From: an uncultured bacterium
GTDB taxonomy: Bacteria; JADJOY01
DNA: 36,052 nucleotides
Direction of reading: 5' to 3'
NCBI GenBank assembly: GCA_964392195.1
Contig: CAYMQR010000002.1
Span: 1-36,052, forward strand
The translations under genes were made by a program, and so were the position numbers. Every line of letters begins with the position of its first letter. Within the stretch, counting starts at the first letter, position 1. The notes below the pieces were generated by a model. That model saw only the letters and a program-made list of their open reading frames with translations. It was not told the origin of the DNA and ran no database searches. Below, piece by piece: positions 33,325 through 36,052 of the stretch.

Positions 33325-33353
33325 TTGACGCGCGCACGCGATGCTCCTAATTT
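33325..33353 (+). promoter_or_regulatory. sigma-70-type promoter for the HU gene
   Basis: TTGACG, a 17-nt spacer, then TAATTT. It is one of the few AT-rich hexamers in the region and lies about 84 nt upstream of ATG 33437. Confidence 0.45.
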
Positions 33354-33436
33354 CAGGCGCATTCCACGTCTTCCTTCGACCGCATGGGGCGGTTCGAGAC
33401 CTGCGAGACGACACGCATCACAGAGGAGAGTCACGA

Positions 33437-33778
33437 ATGGCGACCAAGAAGGCAGCGAAGAAGCCCGCCGGTGCGAAGCCACCCACCAAGTCCGAGGTGT
33501 ACGCGGCGATCGCGGAAAAGACCGGGCTCGCGAAGAAGCAGGTGGCGGGGGTCTTCGAGGCACTCGCGGGCGTCGCTGCGTCGAACCTCGGCAAGAAGGG
33601 ATCGGGCGTGTTCGTCGTTCCGCCGGGTCTGCTCAAGCTGACGGTGAAGAACATCCCCGCCAAGCCGGCCGGGAAGCGCATGGACCCCTTCACCAAGACC
33701 GAGAAGATGTTCCCCGCGAAGCCGGCCAGCAAGCGCGTCCGCGCCCGGCCGATGAAGTCGCTGAAGGACATGGTCTGA
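33437..33778 (+). CDS. HU-family DNA-binding protein with a Lys/Ala/Pro-rich N-terminal tail
   Basis: ATG 33437 is preceded by GAGGAGAG. The tail is MATKKAAKKPAGAKPPTK. The HU-like fold follows: SEVYAAIAEKTGLAKKQVAGVFEAL...KRMDPFTKTEKMFPAKPASKRVRARPMKSLKD. Confidence 0.8.
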   Translation: MATKKAAKKPAGAKPPTKSEVYAAIAEKTGLAKKQVAGVFEALAGVAASNLGKKGSGVFVVPPGLLKLTVKNIPAKPAGKRMDPFTKTEKMFPAKPASKRVRARPMKSLKDMV

Positions 33779-33817
33779 TCGACCACGCATCGACCTCGCT
33801 CGTCCGCCCCGACCCAC

Positions 33818-33975
33818 GGCCTGGAAACCTCGGCCGCGCGATGTGCCGCGGTTTCCAGGCCTGACAGCGGTCCGGGGCGGGGGGCTGGCCTCAGCCCCCC
33901 CCCGGCTTTCCCACCTCGTCAATCCTAAGTCCCAGACGCAGCGACCAACGGTCTCCTGACCGTTGCGGTCGCTGC
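33818..33975. repeat. three strong stem-loops downstream of the HU gene (terminator candidates / repeat family members)
   Basis: GGCCTGGAAACC-N20-GGTTTCCAGGCC has a 12-bp stem (33818-33861). GGGGGGCTG-gcct-CAGCCCCCC spans 33879-33900. GCAGCGACCAACGGTC-tcct-GACCGTTGcgGTCGCTGC forms 16 bp with a 2-nt bulge (33938-33975). Confidence 0.65.
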
Positions 33976-33998
33976 GCGGCGCCGCGCGACGCCTGGAG

Positions 33999-34245
33999 CC
34001 CGTCGCTTCGTCGGCGGGAAGCCTCTCGTTCCCTTGCGCACGACGAAGCGTGTGCCTCCACGCGGGCGGGGGGCTCGAGAAGCCGCGCGGTCAGCAGACC
34101 GCGCCTCCCTGGATCCCGGATCGCGGAGCGAAGGGACTCGCCGAGGTGCGCGTCGCAGCGCGACGCCGCGAGCGAGAGCGAGCGCCTCGGGGGTGGGACC
34201 CGCGCGGATTCACTCCGCGCGGGCGGGGGGCTTGAAAAGCCCCCC
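33999..34245. repeat. second, reshuffled array of the H1-H4 stem-loop repeats
   Basis: The H2 copy is CCCGTCG-cttcgt-CGGCGGG (33999-34018). A degenerate H4 is GGGGGGCTCGAGAAGCCGCGC (34068-34088). The H3-like copy is GCGCGGTC-agca-GACCGCGC (34085-34104). H1 is GCGTCGC-agc-GCGACGC (34150-34166). An exact H4 is GGGGGGCTT-gaa-AAGCCCCCC (34225-34245). Confidence 0.7.
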
Positions 34246-34253
34246 GCAGCAAC

Positions 34254-35210
34254 TCAGTCGCACCCGGCCTGCAGGTCGGCGCAGTCGTGACCGTCGAGGT
34301 AGGCCCCCGACCGGAAGTCGGTGTCGAGGATCGCCGCCACGTCCTGGCCGCACACGGTCCGCGTCAGCAGCCGGCTCGTCGCGGTGGCGTCACCCTCGAG
34401 CCAGCGATCGAACCACGCGTGCGTGTACCAGTGGACGAGGTCGTGCTTGTCGGGTGTCCACCCGGAGCCGAACCAGCTATGGGTGGAGGCGGCGAACACG
34501 ACCTCCATGCTCTCGGTGCGGTTGGCGCGCCACCACGAGTACGCAGTCTTCTTCGCCTCGGGATCGGTGACCACGCAGTCGTCGGACGCCTGGCCCATCG
34601 CGGGCACCCGGGGCGTGCGGTACTCGGTGCCCGTGAACCCACACGTCGGCGAGCCGTCGTCGCCGGTCTCGCGCACCGCGAGGTTGTCCCACGCCACCAC
34701 GGCCTTCACGCGCGAGTCGAGGTCCTGGGTCCTGGCGAGCGAACGCGCACCGAGCGACCAGCCGGCGATCCCGACGCGCGTGATGTCGGTGTCGGCGCGG
34801 TACGGATTGTCCGCCGAGCCGAGGAAGTCGAGCGCGCCGCGCAGCGCGAGATCGTAGCTGTCGGGGCTGCCGCCGTTGGACGGCCGCACCACGATCGCCA
34901 CATAGCCGGAGCCCGCGAGACGTTGCGCGGCCCAGTCCACCGAGTCGGTGTCCGAGAGCCCGGCGGGAAGAATGCCGATCGCTGGATACGGGCGAGTCGG
35001 GTAGGCGGTGGGATCGGGTGCGAAGATGCGGGCGCCGAGCGGCAGCCCGGTACCGAGCTCCGCGACGCTCACGTCCTGGAACCGGATCGTGCCCTTCGAC
35101 GGGTCACAGGGCTCGGGTTCCACCGGTGGACACTCCGCGCCCATCGTCGCCAAGGCGCAGAGCGCCACCCCCACCAGCTTCCGTGCCGCGCGCGCCGCGC
35201 TCGATCGCAT
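34254..35210 (-). CDS. secreted alpha/beta hydrolase (dienelactone-hydrolase/cutinase-like)
   Basis: ATG 35210 gives MRSSAARAARKLVGVALCALATMGA, a signal peptide. The nucleophile elbow is GIAGWSLGA. 35255 is an alternative start. Confidence 0.7.
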   Translation of the reverse strand: MRSSAARAARKLVGVALCALATMGAECPPVEPEPCDPSKGTIRFQDVSVAELGTGLPLGARIFAPDPTAYPTRPYPAIGILPAGLSDTDSVDWAAQRLAGSGYVAIVVRPSNGGSPDSYDLALRGALDFLGSADNPYRADTDITRVGIAGWSLGARSLARTQDLDSRVKAVVAWDNLAVRETGDDGSPTCGFTGTEYRTPRVPAMGQASDDCVVTDPEAKKTAYSWWRANRTESMEVVFAASTHSWFGSGWTPDKHDLVHWYTHAWFDRWLEGDATATSRLLTRTVCGQDVAAILDTDFRSGAYLDGHDCADLQAGCD

Positions 35211-35359
35211 CGCTCGGTCCCCCCTGGCCGACTCTCTCCGTTCGTGACGCTGCAAGACGAACGCCGACGAGGCGGGCGGCGCACGATACAGATTCGTGCG
35301 TTCTCATTGAAGAAAATTCTTCCCGCGGCGACATCACGCCGATTTTCTGACGTCGATCG

Positions 35360-36052
35360 TCAGGGCTCGGCCAGCACGACCCGGTCGAGCCGGATCAGCT
35401 CGCCAACCGACCAGGCCTGGAACGGGCAGCCGCGCGGCTGGTGCGGCGTGTCGGCGTCCGCGATCTCGGAGACGTGACCGAGCCCGGCGTGATCGAGGTG
35501 CCGCACGAGCGGATCGTAGAAACGCGCTCGCGCCTCGCGCTTCGCCTCCGCGCCGCCGCCGTTCACGCGCACCCACGCCTCCACGAACGGTCCCGCGAGC
35601 CACGGCCACACGGTCCCCTGGTGATAGGCGCCGTCCCGCTCCCGGACGCCGCCCTCGTAGCGCGCCACGTATCCGCGCTCGCCGGGCGCGAGCGAGCGCG
35701 GCCCGAGCGGAGTCCAGAGCCGCCGCAGCGCGGCCTCGACGATCGCGCGCGCGCGCGCGCCGTCGATCACCGCGCGCGGCAGCCCGCCCACCGCGAAGAG
35801 CTGGTTGGGGCGGATCGCGTCGTCGTCGACGCCGGGCCGGTGATCGGCGTCGATCACGTCGAACAGGCAGCCGCGCTCCTCGTTCCAGAAGCGCGCCGCG
35901 AAGGTGCGCTCGCCGCGCTCGAGCACCTCGCTCCAGCGCGGCTCGAAACGCGCTCCGATCGCGAGCGCGTTGAGCCACAGCGCCTGCACCTCCACCGGCT
36001 TGCCGATGCGCGGCGTCACCACCCAGTCGCCCACCTTGGCGTCCATCCAGGT
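35360..36052 (-). CDS. amylo-alpha-1,6-glucosidase / glycogen-debranching-type (GDE_C) protein, C-terminal part; 5' end outside the window
   Basis: The frame is open to the window edge. The sequence runs VEVQALWLNAL...IRPNQLFAV...YHQGTVWPWLAGPFVEAW...SEIADADTPHQPRGCPFQAWSVGE, which is typical of GDE C-terminal (six-hairpin) enzymes. Confidence 0.8.
   Translation of the reverse strand, partial: TWMDAKVGDWVVTPRIGKPVEVQALWLNALAIGARFEPRWSEVLERGERTFAARFWNEERGCLFDVIDADHRPGVDDDAIRPNQLFAVGGLPRAVIDGARARAIVEAALRRLWTPLGPRSLAPGERGYVARYEGGVRERDGAYHQGTVWPWLAGPFVEAWVRVNGGGAEAKREARARFYDPLVRHLDHAGLGHVSEIADADTPHQPRGCPFQAWSVGELIRLDRVVLAEP

Noticed and set aside
33002-33414. Small ORFs in the HCCA-isomerase/HU spacer (33002..33328, 33156..33350, 33252..33563 -)
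   Set aside because: They are Arg/Ala-rich, with no ribosome-binding sites. The region is better explained as a regulatory spacer containing a promoter and a palindrome.
32288-34245. The hairpin repeat arrays as a CRISPR array
   Set aside because: There is no constant repeat alternating with unique spacers of uniform length. The units are different short palindromes in variable order, only two to five per site. No cas genes are present.

Overview
This is a very GC-rich chromosomal segment, roughly 70% or more by eye. It comes from a diderm bacterium, judging by lipoboxes, an outer-membrane beta-barrel, sigma-54-type promoters and Pro-rich periplasmic linkers. A Myxococcota-like origin is only an inference. 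I support 26 coding regions plus one displaced gene-start fragment. I saw no rRNA, tRNA, CRISPR, transposase or integrase genes. The left ~17 kb (535-17312) is one coherent locus and my best candidate for an undescribed cell-envelope system. It holds an 8-gene, tightly coupled minus-strand operon (14659 down to 535). In transcription order the operon encodes: a DUF799/GNA1162-like lipoprotein fused to FN3 and two beta-helix modules; an LPP20-like protein; a TPR+SLH lipoprotein; a FlgT-like lipoprotein; a secreted PTP+SLH+NPP phosphoesterase; a large SLT lytic transglycosylase; MgtC; and a secreted transglutaminase-like protein. The operon abuts two tandem CsgG-like lipoprotein genes (14658-16043) head to head, with overlapping start codons. 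A perfect sigma-54 -24/-12 element for the CsgG-like genes lies inside the opposing gene. A Cys-rich OM beta-barrel gene is convergent on the CsgG-like pair. To the right are three secreted phosphoesterase lipoprotein genes (17777-24288), a HEAT-repeat gene and dusA. Next is a MacAB-like adaptor/ATPase/2x FtsX operon (26887-31286). The second permease gene in it has its first 58 nt duplicated around a 140-bp stem-loop element. The window ends with two alpha/beta hydrolases, an HCCA-isomerase/DsbA-like gene, an HU gene with a Lys/Ala/Pro tail and a partial glycogen-debranching-type gene. Intergenic DNA, mostly between convergent genes, carries a dispersed family of G-rich hairpins. Most other long ORFs in the six-frame track are high-GC shadow frames. 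All domain calls come from motif recognition by eye, not from searches.
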